The notes: generated from the sequence alone by a model not told the origin. DNA of 64,000 nt from Elusimicrobia bacterium CG1_02_56_21 (GCA_001871115.1 MNUR01000085.1:22060-86059), one strand, 5' to 3'. Shown: positions 35,095 through 43,782, counted from the stretch's first letter. Translations and numbers: made by a program.

Positions 35095-36198
35095 TTATTT
35101 TTTAGCTTTTGCCTTGGGTTCATAGAGGCAGTACGGCTCCTGGCCCATGTAGTCGCCGGTGGTCCCGAAAGCCCTGGCCCGGCAGCCGGCGCAGATAACC
35201 CGGTATTCGCAGACCCCGCATTTTCCTTTAAGGGCGTCCGGGTCGGTGATGGTCTTGAAGACCTCGGAGTTCTCCCAGACCTCCCAGAAATTCTGTTTCC
35301 GCAGGTCCCCGGCCGGCACGGGCAGATAACCGCAGGGGAAAACCTCCCCCTTGTGGGAGATGAAGGCGATAGCGCTGCCGGCCAGGCAGCCGCGCATCTG
35401 GGCGGTCCGGCCCGCGAACTCGGGGCTGGAAGCGGCAACTTTCTGGCGGACTATCCTGGTCTGGTGCGGCGCGCAGGTGGCGCGTATCTCCATGCCGCCG
35501 GGCGCGGGATGAGCGTGACCGTGGCCATGGGCCGGGTGCCCGGCGGCGCCCTGCTGCACCATCAGCCAGTTGAGGAATTCCTCGTAGTTCTCGGCGCCGA
35601 GGCGCATCGCGTCTGGCAGCTCGGCGCCGCAGCCCACCGGGACCAGCAGGAAGAAATGCAGGGCGTCCACCCCCAGCTCGCGGGCCAGTTTCACCACCGC
35701 GTCGCGCTCGGCCACGTTCCTGGTGCTGACCGAGCAGTTGATCTGGGTGGAGATGCCGGCGGCCCTGAAAAGCTTGAGGGCGTTCACGGCCTTGTCGAAA
35801 GAGCCTTTCTGGCCGCGGAACTCGTCGTGCGTGGAAGCTATCGCCCCGTCCAGGCTGACGGAGATCCGGTGCGGGCCGTAGGAGGCCAGCATTTTGGTCA
35901 TCGCTTCGTCCACGAGCGCGCCGTTGGTGGCGATGGCGAAGGGGATGCCTTTCTCCTTGGCGAAGGCGAGCAGCTCGGGCAGGTCTTTCCGCATCAGCGG
36001 CTCGCCGCCGGAAAAGACCACCATCGGCGGGCGGCCTTCGCCTTTGAGCGAGAGCAGGATAGCCTTGAATTCGTCTGTGGGGAGTTCATATAGTTCATCG
36101 CCCCTCTCGGGGACATTGGTCCGGCGGCAGTGCACGCACTGCAAGTTGCAGCGGGAAGTGGTTTCCCAGAAAACTAACCTCGGCGGATTTCTTTTCAT
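35095..36198 (-). CDS. NirJ/AhbC/AhbD-family radical SAM enzyme with a SPASM domain and a His-rich insert
   Basis: CNLQCVHCR motif. C-terminal CGVCEYRVICAGCRARA. Insert GHPAHGHGHAHPAPGG. The ATG at 36198 is preceded by AAGGA. The longest ORF starts at 36225. Confidence 0.75.
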   Translation of the reverse strand: MKRNPPRLVFWETTSRCNLQCVHCRRTNVPERGDELYELPTDEFKAILLSLKGEGRPPMVVFSGGEPLMRKDLPELLAFAKEKGIPFAIATNGALVDEAMTKMLASYGPHRISVSLDGAIASTHDEFRGQKGSFDKAVNALKLFRAAGISTQINCSVSTRNVAERDAVVKLARELGVDALHFFLLVPVGCGAELPDAMRLGAENYEEFLNWLMVQQGAAGHPAHGHGHAHPAPGGMEIRATCAPHQTRIVRQKVAASSPEFAGRTAQMRGCLAGSAIAFISHKGEVFPCGYLPVPAGDLRKQNFWEVWENSEVFKTITDPDALKGKCGVCEYRVICAGCRARAFGTTGDYMGQEPYCLYEPKAKAKK

Positions 36199-36231
36199 GG
36201 TGGTGTCCTTCAAGTAGCGTATCAAAGTCTG

Positions 36232-36361
36232 GGGCCGTCAGGTGTTCTGCCCTGCGAACCCTGGAAGAGGAAACCCTTGCGTCGGTTTTCCCCCGCCCGG
36301 GAAAATTAGGGCGGGGCCCCCTTTCCGCAAAGGGTTCACAGGGCAGAACACCTGCCGGCCC
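36232..36361. repeat. Structured palindromic intergenic element, family B, copy 1 (candidate cis-acting RNA)
   Basis: Outer arms 36239-36254 CAGGTGTTCTGCCCTG and 36339-36354 CAGGGCAGAACACCTG (perfect 16 bp, extendable to 36232/36361 with 1 mismatch). Conserved core GAACCCTGGAAGAGGAAACCCTTGCGTCGGTTT...GGCGGGGCCCCC..TTCCGCAAAGGGTTCA is shared with 41143-41251. Confidence 0.75.
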
Positions 36362-36365
36362 GGGC

Positions 36366-37652
36366 TCATAAAAGCAGGGCCTGTTCCGCGGCTTTCAGCG
36401 TCGCTTCTATGTCCGCGGGCTTGTGGGCCGTGGAAATGAAGCAGGTCTCGAACTGGCTGGGCGGCAGGTAGACGCCGCGCTCAGCCATCGCCCAGAAATA
36501 GTCGGCGTAGCGCTTCGTATCGCAGCCGGCGGCGCCGGTCCAGTCTTTCAGCGGGCCTTTAGAGAAGAAAAGGGTGAACAGCGAGCCCACCCGGTTAAGA
36601 GTAAGCGGCAGGTTCCCCTCCCTTATAATAAGGCGCAGGCCTTTCTCCATGGCCTGGCCGGAAGCCTCCAGCTGTTTATAAACTCCAGGCTTTGAAAGCT
36701 TTTTGATCGCGGCGCAGCCGGCCGCCATGGCCAGGGGATTGCCGGAAAGCGTGCCGGCCTGGTATACCTTCCCGGCCGGGGAAAGGTGCTTCATTATTTT
36801 CTTGCCGCCGCCGTAGGCGCCGACTGGCAGGCCGCCGCCTATTATCTTCCCGAGAGTGGTCAGGTCCGGCTTGATGCCGTACAGGCCCTGCGCGCCGCCG
36901 AAGCCGACGCGGAAGCCGGTGATGACTTCGTCGAAGATGAGGAGAGCGCCGGTAGCGGTGCAGGTCTTCCTCAGCGCGGCCAGGAAGCCCGGCTCCGGAA
37001 GCATCAGGCCCATATTGGCGGCTACGGGCTCCACTATCACGCAGGCGACTTCTTTGCCGCTGCGCTTCATATAGGCCCGGAAGCCTTCGATATCGTTATA
37101 TTCCAGCGAGACGGTATTGCGCGCGAAAGCCGCCGGAACGCCGGGGCTGGAAGGAGAGCCGAAAGTAGCCGCTCCGGAGCCCGCTTTCACCAGCAGGGAA
37201 TCGGCGTGGCCGTGGTAGCAGCCGGTAAATTTGACTATTTTATCCCGGCCGGTATAACCGCGGGCCAGCCGGATGGCGCTCATTACGGCCTCGGTGCCGG
37301 AGGAGACGAAACGCAGCTTCTGGATAGAGGGCAGGGCTTTCTTTATCATTTCGGCCAGCACGGCTTCGGCCTCGGTGGGAGCCCCGTAGGAAGTTCCTTT
37401 GCCGATGGCGCCCGTGATAGCCTTCTGTATGTCCGGGTCGGCGTGGCCGAGTATCATCACGCCCCAGGAAGTGACATAGTCCACATAAGAGTTCCCGTCC
37501 ACATCCTTAAGCCGCGAGCCTTTGGCTTCTTTTATAAAGAGAGGCGTTCCGCCTACGGCGTTAAAGGCCCTGACGGGGCTGTTGACCCCTCCGGCCAGAT
37601 GCTTAAGGGAATAGTTCCAGAGTTTTTTGGATTTATCAGTTTTGAGTTTCAT
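36366..37652 (-). CDS. hemL: Glutamate-1-semialdehyde 2,1-aminomutase
   Basis: Class III aminotransferase with a typical HemL N-terminus (GGVNSPVRAF) and FDEVITGFR. Confidence 0.95.
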   Translation of the reverse strand: MKLKTDKSKKLWNYSLKHLAGGVNSPVRAFNAVGGTPLFIKEAKGSRLKDVDGNSYVDYVTSWGVMILGHADPDIQKAITGAIGKGTSYGAPTEAEAVLAEMIKKALPSIQKLRFVSSGTEAVMSAIRLARGYTGRDKIVKFTGCYHGHADSLLVKAGSGAATFGSPSSPGVPAAFARNTVSLEYNDIEGFRAYMKRSGKEVACVIVEPVAANMGLMLPEPGFLAALRKTCTATGALLIFDEVITGFRVGFGGAQGLYGIKPDLTTLGKIIGGGLPVGAYGGGKKIMKHLSPAGKVYQAGTLSGNPLAMAAGCAAIKKLSKPGVYKQLEASGQAMEKGLRLIIREGNLPLTLNRVGSLFTLFFSKGPLKDWTGAAGCDTKRYADYFWAMAERGVYLPPSQFETCFISTAHKPADIEATLKAAEQALLL

Positions 37653-37683
37653 ATTTTAGCTGCTGCTAATGTGCTGCGCTTCT

Positions 37684-39024
37684 TTATAACTTCAGCGCGT
37701 CTACAAAATCAGCGAGTTCTTTATCGGTTCCGTCGAAAGGGGGCATGGTAGCTGCGGGATTCCTTAAGATGTTCTTCAGCTCTTCTTTGGTGTGCAGCTG
37801 CAGGGGTTTCTCCAGGTTAGGGCCGAAAGTACCGCCTTCGCCGTTATAAGTGTGGCAGACCAGGCAGCCGCGCGCTTCCAGCTCCACTTCCACATCGTGT
37901 TTTGAAGCCGATGGTTTAACCGGCGCGGACTTGGCCGCGGCGGTTTTAACGGGTTCGGGTTTAGGCGCCTGCTTTGCCGGAGTTTTCACTTCTGCGGCAG
38001 CCTTGGTTTCTGCAGCCGCAATCCCGGCTTTTTTAGGCGCGGCTACCAGAGCCCCGGTCATATACATATGCCCGTATATCAAATAAGGCTTCCTGGCCCG
38101 CTCGCGTGTGTAAGCTCCGAATGAAAAAGCTGTGAGCGCGGCCAGGCCGCCGGCGAGCAGAACTTTCCGCTTTGTCTTACGGGAGAGCAGGTAAACGGCG
38201 GAACAGGCAACGGCTATCGTGGCCAGGCTGGCCATGGGCCAGAAGAATTTGGCTACCGGGCCTTTTACTATGCTGTCGAAGACCGCCAGATTTATGTATT
38301 TAAGGGTGAATAAATAAGACAGGCCGCTTAAAGGCTGGAGCAAAATAGCCACGGCGAAGATGGTTCCGCAATAATCCAGCATCCAGGAATAATAGCCGGC
38401 GTCGGCGGCCGGCGCTTTACGCAGTTTAATGAAAGCGTAGATATAGCCGAACATAGCTGAATTTATCAGGCAGGGGAGCAGCACATGGGTGCTGGAGGCG
38501 GCGAAGCTGGGATTAAAGACCGCGTTCATAAGACGGGGATCCTGGAAATAGGTACCCGGGGTCAGCATAAAAGACCAGGCGGCGTTTATGACCAGCGCCG
38601 CGGCTATACCGGAAGCCGCCGCTACCCCGCCTATGAAGATATGCCGGCCTTTATTTGGGTTATCCCAGGTTCCGCCGTAGAGCGCGGTAGAAGCCATCAT
38701 TACCAGGAAGAGAACCGCTTCAAGGAAAAGCGGCCAGAAGAAGATATTGTAAAGTTTTGAAGTGAACTCGGGGAAAAGCCCGATGAGGAGAACCACAAAA
38801 GTAACGCCCAGCACGCCGTTTATCTTCATCATGTCGGAAAGGAAATTTATATAACCTTTCGCGAACCTGTCATGAAAAGCGCTGTTCTTCCTGTAGCCTA
38901 TCCATTCCCCGGTAAAAGCCAGGAAAACACCCCCAACCGCCACGAAAGCGAAAAAAACATGGGTAACAATGACCAGCGCCATTACCAGGGAATTACCGAG
39001 GAAAGGGAAATTTATATGGGGCAT
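37684..39024 (-). CDS. Cytochrome bd subunit I (CydA)-like membrane protein fused to a C-terminal monohaem cytochrome c domain
   Basis: The N-terminus LVMALVIVTHVFFAFVAVGG...FWPLFLEAVLFLVMM resembles CydA helices 1-3. About 9 TM helices, an Ala/Lys/Pro linker, then CLVCH...MPPF. The family call is tentative. Confidence 0.5.
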   Translation of the reverse strand: MPHINFPFLGNSLVMALVIVTHVFFAFVAVGGVFLAFTGEWIGYRKNSAFHDRFAKGYINFLSDMMKINGVLGVTFVVLLIGLFPEFTSKLYNIFFWPLFLEAVLFLVMMASTALYGGTWDNPNKGRHIFIGGVAAASGIAAALVINAAWSFMLTPGTYFQDPRLMNAVFNPSFAASSTHVLLPCLINSAMFGYIYAFIKLRKAPAADAGYYSWMLDYCGTIFAVAILLQPLSGLSYLFTLKYINLAVFDSIVKGPVAKFFWPMASLATIAVACSAVYLLSRKTKRKVLLAGGLAALTAFSFGAYTRERARKPYLIYGHMYMTGALVAAPKKAGIAAAETKAAAEVKTPAKQAPKPEPVKTAAAKSAPVKPSASKHDVEVELEARGCLVCHTYNGEGGTFGPNLEKPLQLHTKEELKNILRNPAATMPPFDGTDKELADFVDALKL

Positions 39025-39063
39025 GTTTTATCAGTTTCCTCCTCTATCCGGGACAGCTATTTC

Positions 39064-39531
39064 TTAAAAGTACGCCATGCTGGTCTTTTTAAATTCTCTT
39101 AAGCTCTCAAGAACCAGGTACTCTTTGGCCCCGGTCTTTTTTACCAGTCCGCTGACCACCTTTAAGATTTCGGCGCGGCTGCGGCCGTGGACCATAGTAT
39201 AAAGGTTATAGGACCAGCCCGGGCGGACAACGCGCTCATAGCAGTGGCTTATGGCCGGGGAGGCTGCGGCGGTCTTGCCGAAAGAAATAGCCCGGCCGGC
39301 CGGGATCTTCCAGGCTACCATAGCGTTGGCAAAATAACCGGCGCGCTTATGCCTGACTATAGCGCGCACGCAGCGCAGCACTCCGGATTTTTTGAATTTC
39401 TTAAGCGCGGCCAGGAATTCTTCCTCTTTAATACCCAGGCCGGCCGCCATCTTTTTAAAAGGCTCGGGCTCAAGAGGGATATCTCCCTGGAGGGCGCGGA
39501 CTATGGCTTCTTCGGTCTTCTTTAATTTCAT
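39064..39531 (-). CDS. Sirohaem decarboxylase subunit (AhbA/AhbB, NirD/L/G/H family, AsnC-like)
   Basis: IVRALQGDIPLEPEPFKKMAAGLGIKEEEFLAALKKFKKSGVLR and SHCYERV. ATGA start/stop overlap with the upstream paralog at 39528-39531. The longest ORF starts at 39669. Confidence 0.75.
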   Translation of the reverse strand: MKLKKTEEAIVRALQGDIPLEPEPFKKMAAGLGIKEEEFLAALKKFKKSGVLRCVRAIVRHKRAGYFANAMVAWKIPAGRAISFGKTAAASPAISHCYERVVRPGWSYNLYTMVHGRSRAEILKVVSGLVKKTGAKEYLVLESLREFKKTSMAYF

Positions 39532-40118
39532 ATGGGAAAGAAAGTCTTTATCTTGAACATTGTTTTCACCGGGAAGGAATAACATTTCTCCACCCCGGGC
39601 AGCCGCCTGAAAACGGCTATCTGCCGGTTCACCCCGGCCATGGTTCCCCGCACTCCTACGGTAAACCAAAGGTTCATTTCCCCCGCCCTTTCATAACAAT
39701 GGGTAACTCCGGGGAATTTAGAAATTTCTTTAGCTACGGCCGCCAGCCGGGAGGGTTTCACCCGCGCACCGGCGAGCGTGGAAGAAAAACCCAGCTTGCG
39801 GGTTTCAAAGCTGCCGCCTATCCTGCGGACCACGCCTTTTTTCTTATAAGTTTTAAGCACTTTAAGGACATCGGCCCCCGTCACGCCTATCCCGGCGCCC
39901 AGGGCTTCAAAAGGGCGGCTGCAGGCGGGAATATCCGTCTGGGCCGCGTCCAGGACCAGTTTTTCTATTCTTGTAGCCCGAATTCCGCTTGCGGAATTCC
40001 CCGCGCAGCGGGCGGAAGGCCCAGCGCTATGCGCGCCCGGCCCGACGGGGCGTATGCCTCCCGCAGGGCGCCCGCTATGCGGGCGGTAAACTTCACCAGA
40101 AGTTTTCAGGCTAGCCAT
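39528..40118 (-). CDS. Sirohaem decarboxylase subunit (AhbA/AhbB family) with a low-complexity N-terminal extension
   Basis: LVLDAAQTDIPACSRPFEALGAGIGVTGADVLKVLKTYKKKGVVRRIG and THCYERA. The only ATG overlaps the hemB end by 13 nt. Confidence 0.7.
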   Translation of the reverse strand: MASLKTSGEVYRPHSGRPAGGIRPVGPGAHSAGPSARCAGNSASGIRATRIEKLVLDAAQTDIPACSRPFEALGAGIGVTGADVLKVLKTYKKKGVVRRIGGSFETRKLGFSSTLAGARVKPSRLAAVAKEISKFPGVTHCYERAGEMNLWFTVGVRGTMAGVNRQIAVFRRLPGVEKCYSFPVKTMFKIKTFFPI

Positions 40119-41092
40119 TTGGCGGCGTCCTTGGCGTGGTAGGTTATTATCATGTCGGCCCCGGCCCTTTTAATAGAGGTCAGGATCTCCAGGACCATGG
40201 CTTTCTCGTTTATCAGGCCTTTCTGCGCCGCCGCCTTCACCATCGAATACTCGCCGCTCACATTGTAAGCCGCGGTCGGGAACTGGAATTTTTCTTTTAC
40301 AGCGCGCAGGATGTCCAGGTAGGCCAGGGCCGGCTTCACCATTACGATATCGGCGCCCTGCCTCACGTCGAGCTCCACCTCGCGCAGCGCCTCGAGATAA
40401 TTGGCCGGGTCCATCTGGTAGGTTTTCCTGTCCCCGAACTGCGGGGCGGACTGGGCCGCTTCGCGGAAAGGCCCGTAGAAAGCGGAAGAATATTTGGCGG
40501 CGTAGGAAAGTATGCCTACGTCCTGGAAACCTTTCCCGTCCAGGGCTTTCCTTATCGCCCCGACGCGGTTGTCCATCATATCGGAAGGAGCGACCAGGTC
40601 GGCGCCGGCTTCGGCGTGCACCAAAGCTTCTTTGACCAGCAGCTCGAGCGTGCGGTCATTGTCCACCAGCATTTCGCCGGCGCGGTTCTTCCTGACGACG
40701 CCGCAATGCCCGTGGCTGGTGTATTCGCAAAGGCAGACGTCGGTCATCACGGCGATATCCGGCACGGACTTCTTTATCAGCCTGACGGCCTCCGGCACGG
40801 GGCCCCCGGGGTCATAGGCTTCTTTCCCGAGCGGGTCTTTTTTAGAGGGCAGCCCGAAAAGTATCAGCGAGTTTATGCCGAGGGCGCGGCATTTCGCGGC
40901 TTCGGCCGCCGCCTCGTCCACGGACAGGTGGAAGCAGCCGGGCATGGAAGAGATCTCTTTTTTGTATTTTTTACCGGGGACCACGAAAAGCGGGTAGACG
41001 AAATTGTCGGCGGTAACGCGGGTTTCCCTGAACATGTCGCGGGCCCATTTCAGGTTCCTGAGTCTGCGAGGGCGGGCTGAATCGGAAAGCAT
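40106..41092 (-). CDS. hemB: Porphobilinogen synthase (delta-aminolevulinate dehydratase), Zn type
   Basis: CLCEYTSHGHCG zinc site, SDMMDNRVGAIR, MVKPALAYLD. Confidence 0.95.
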   Translation of the reverse strand: MLSDSARPRRLRNLKWARDMFRETRVTADNFVYPLFVVPGKKYKKEISSMPGCFHLSVDEAAAEAAKCRALGINSLILFGLPSKKDPLGKEAYDPGGPVPEAVRLIKKSVPDIAVMTDVCLCEYTSHGHCGVVRKNRAGEMLVDNDRTLELLVKEALVHAEAGADLVAPSDMMDNRVGAIRKALDGKGFQDVGILSYAAKYSSAFYGPFREAAQSAPQFGDRKTYQMDPANYLEALREVELDVRQGADIVMVKPALAYLDILRAVKEKFQFPTAAYNVSGEYSMVKAAAQKGLINEKAMVLEILTSIKRAGADMIITYHAKDAAKWLA

Positions 41093-41142
41093 GTGGTCTT
41101 CTCCTTGAAGTCTGGCGGCTGTTAGCCTGCGGGTTCGGGCCT

Positions 41143-41251
41143 CCAGGGAACTTCCCCCGTGAACCCTGGAAGATGGAAACCCTTGCGTCGGTTTCCCCCC
41201 GTCAGGCGGGGCCCCCCCTTCCGCAAAGGGTTCACGGGGGAAGTTCCCTGG
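41143..41251. repeat. Structured palindromic intergenic element, family B, copy 2
   Basis: Perfect 25-bp arms CCAGGGAACTTCCCCCGTGAACCCT (41143-41167) and AGGGTTCACGGGGGAAGTTCCCTGG (41227-41251). Same core as copy 1, different outer arm sequence. Confidence 0.75.
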
Positions 41252-41261
41252 CGGACCTCCA

Positions 41262-42776
41262 CTAACGGGCTTTCTTAAAATATCCCTGCGCCGCTTCCAC
41301 GAGGCCCGGGATAGTGTAATCCTTCGCTTCGAAATCGGGTTTAAAGCCCTCCGATTTCATGGTGCCGGAAGTGATGGGGCCGATGCTGCCCATGGCCACG
41401 CCTTTAAGAAGTTTCTTGTCGGCGCCCTTGAAGCTCTCCATAAAACCGGTAACCGTGGAAGAGCTGGTAAAGGTGACAAGGTTTACCTCCCCTGCCTGCA
41501 GCAGCTTCTTCAGTTCCGGGAAATTGCCCCTGTCGGGAACGGTATTATAGGTGGGGATCTCGGTTACCAGGGCGCCGGCTTTTTTAAGGCCCGCATTAAG
41601 CATATCCCTGGCCATAGCGGCCCGGGGCAGGAGTATTTTCTGACCTTTCACTTTACCCAGCGCTTTCAGAATTGACTCGGAGATATACTTTTCCGGGACC
41701 AGGTCGGCATTTATGCCCCTGGCGCGCAGCGCCTCCGCCGTAGCGGGCCCGATAGCGGCCACTTTCGCGCTCCCGAAGCGGCGCGCGTCCAGGCCGAGCT
41801 TATTAAGCCGGTTAAAGAAAACTTCCACGCCGTTGGCGCTGGTAAAGATTACCCAATTGTAGCCGCCCAGCCCTTTTATTTCTTTATCCAGTGCGGAAAA
41901 AGTTTTAAGAGGTTCTATTCTTATTGAAGGGAAAACAATAACTTCGGCGCCCAGGCCGGTGAATTGCTGAGCAAGGGCGCTGGCCTGCTCCCGGGAGCGG
42001 GTCACCACTATTTTCCTGCCGAAAAGCGGCCTTTTCTCGAACCAGGCCAGCTGCCCGCGCAGGCCGGCCACGCCGCCCACCACGGTGACGGCGGGGGCTT
42101 TTATGTCCGCCTTGCGGGCGAGTTCGGCTATAGTAGAAAGGGTCCCGGAAAGGGATCTCTGCCGGGGCGTGGTCCCGTTGGAAACGATAGCGGCCGGGGT
42201 GGAGCCTTTCAGCCCCGCGGCCATGAGCTTGGCGGAAATGACGTCGAGGCTTGAAACGCCCATCAGGAAAACCAAAGTCCCGCCGCCGGAAGCCAGGCTG
42301 TCCCAGGGGAGTTTAAGCTCGCCATTCTTCTGGATATGCCCGGTAAGGAAGGTCACCATAGGCGCGAAAGAGCGGTCCGTGACCGGGATGCCGGCGTAAG
42401 CCGGCGCGGCCACGGCCGAGCTGACCCCGGGAACTATTTCAAAAGGTATTTTAGCGGCCGCGAGGTCCCTGGCCTCTTCCCCGCCGCGTCCGAAGATGAA
42501 AGGGTCCCCGCCTTTAAGGCGCACTACCGTGCCGCCTTTTTTGCCGAGGCGGACCAGGAGGGCGTTGATATCCTCCTGCTCCATGGCGTGTACCGCGCCG
42601 CGCTTTCCCACATAAAATTTTTTGGCTCTCTCCGGCGCCATGTTCACAAAATCGGGGTTGGACAGGGCGTCGTAAACCACATAGTCGGCCTTGCGCAGGC
42701 ACTCCGCGCCTTTGATCGTCAGCAGGCCGGGATCGCCGGGGCCGCCGCCCACCAGGTACACTTTGCCTTTCGTCAT
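41262..42776 (-). CDS. cobA-hemD: Uroporphyrinogen-III C-methyltransferase / uroporphyrinogen-III synthase fusion (CobA-HemD)
   Basis: N-terminal SUMT motif GKVYLVGGGPGDPGLLTIKG...VVRLKGGDPFIFGRGGEE. The C-terminal roughly 250 aa are HemD-like. Confidence 0.9.
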   Translation of the reverse strand: MTKGKVYLVGGGPGDPGLLTIKGAECLRKADYVVYDALSNPDFVNMAPERAKKFYVGKRGAVHAMEQEDINALLVRLGKKGGTVVRLKGGDPFIFGRGGEEARDLAAAKIPFEIVPGVSSAVAAPAYAGIPVTDRSFAPMVTFLTGHIQKNGELKLPWDSLASGGGTLVFLMGVSSLDVISAKLMAAGLKGSTPAAIVSNGTTPRQRSLSGTLSTIAELARKADIKAPAVTVVGGVAGLRGQLAWFEKRPLFGRKIVVTRSREQASALAQQFTGLGAEVIVFPSIRIEPLKTFSALDKEIKGLGGYNWVIFTSANGVEVFFNRLNKLGLDARRFGSAKVAAIGPATAEALRARGINADLVPEKYISESILKALGKVKGQKILLPRAAMARDMLNAGLKKAGALVTEIPTYNTVPDRGNFPELKKLLQAGEVNLVTFTSSSTVTGFMESFKGADKKLLKGVAMGSIGPITSGTMKSEGFKPDFEAKDYTIPGLVEAAQGYFKKAR

Positions 42777-43324
42777 ATTTGCCTTAGAAGTCTGAAGTAG
42801 GCCTGTTTGTCGGCCTTCGCTTTGGACGCGAGCATTTTAACGCGCAGCTGCCGCAAAGCCTCAACTTTTTCAGCGAAAGCGCCGCCGTAGGTTTTCTCCA
42901 GCTGAAGGCGGATCTTTTTCGCCAGGGCCGGGCTGGCCCCGCCGGTAGAAACGGCTATGGTCAGGGGCCCGTTCCTGAAAACCGCGGGCACTATGAAATT
43001 GCAGAGGGCCGGCCTGTCCACCACGTTCACCAGCGCCCCGCTCCTGGCCGCCGCCTCGCCTACCAGGGCGTTCACTTCTTCGGAATCTGTGGAGCAGACT
43101 ACCAGGGCCGCGCCTTTCAGGTCCGAAAGCCTGAATTTACGCCTGAAAAACCTGACCTGCCCTTTTTCGCCGAGCTTTGCGAAACCCGGGTGTAAAAGGG
43201 GAGCCACGACCTTAACTTGCGTAGCGCCGGACTTAAGCAGCGTTTCCGTTTTGCGGAACGCTACCTCGCCGCCGCCTACCACGAGGCATGGCTTCCCCTT
43301 TATGTCAAGGAACACCGGGTACAA
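42773..43324 (-). CDS. Precorrin-2 dehydrogenase / sirohydrochlorin ferrochelatase-type protein (SirC / CysG N-terminal domain)
   Basis: FLDIKGKPCLVVGGGEVAFRKTETLLKSGA...NVVD...IAVSTGGASPALAKKIR. 4-nt overlap with cobA-hemD. Confidence 0.85.
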   Translation of the reverse strand: MYPVFLDIKGKPCLVVGGGEVAFRKTETLLKSGATQVKVVAPLLHPGFAKLGEKGQVRFFRRKFRLSDLKGAALVVCSTDSEEVNALVGEAAARSGALVNVVDRPALCNFIVPAVFRNGPLTIAVSTGGASPALAKKIRLQLEKTYGGAFAEKVEALRQLRVKMLASKAKADKQAYFRLLRQI

Positions 43325-43332
43325 AAAGGCTT

Positions 43333-43782
43333 TTATTTCGCTTCCTCTTTCTTCTCTTCGCTCTTCTTCCTGTCCACGTCTACGTGGGGGCTGTGGCAGT
43401 CGCGGCAGTCGCGGCCTTTGCCGTTTATCATCTTTTTCTTATCGGCCATGGGGGCTTTCATGTGAAGGCTGCCCGCGCCGTGGCAGGCTTCGCACTGCAC
43501 GTTGGCCATTTCCGGGGTAGCTTCCATGGAGACAAAGCCGCCGGTTTCGCCCATGCCGGTAACATGGCACTTTACGCACTCGGGTTTTTTCCGGTCTTCG
43601 GCGGTAAGAGCATCTATCGCCGTAGCATGCTTCATCTTCATCCAGGTAGCGTGCTGCTTGGAATGACACATTTTGCACTTGCCTGCGCCGAGGTACGTAG
43701 CTGTTGCGGGCGCGTCCTGGGCCACAACTATTCCGGCTATGCCCATGAACACCAGACACCCGAGCAATGATATCGTTTTCAT
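43333..43782 (-). CDS. Periplasmic tetrahaem c-type cytochrome
   Basis: Signal peptide MKTISLLGCLVFMGIAGIVVAQ. CKMCH, CVKCH, CEACH, CRDCH. AGGAGG Shine-Dalgarno before the ATG at 43782. The longest ORF starts at 43866. Confidence 0.8.
   Translation of the reverse strand: MKTISLLGCLVFMGIAGIVVAQDAPATATYLGAGKCKMCHSKQHATWMKMKHATAIDALTAEDRKKPECVKCHVTGMGETGGFVSMEATPEMANVQCEACHGAGSLHMKAPMADKKKMINGKGRDCRDCHSPHVDVDRKKSEEKKEEAK

Noticed and set aside
39528-39669. 142-nt overlap between the two AhbA/B-like ORFs as given by the ORF track
   Set aside because: The downstream paralog has an internal ATG at 39531 that forms an ATGA overlap with the upstream stop and starts at the conserved MKLKKTEEAIVRAL... 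N-terminus. The long overlap comes from taking the longest ORF.
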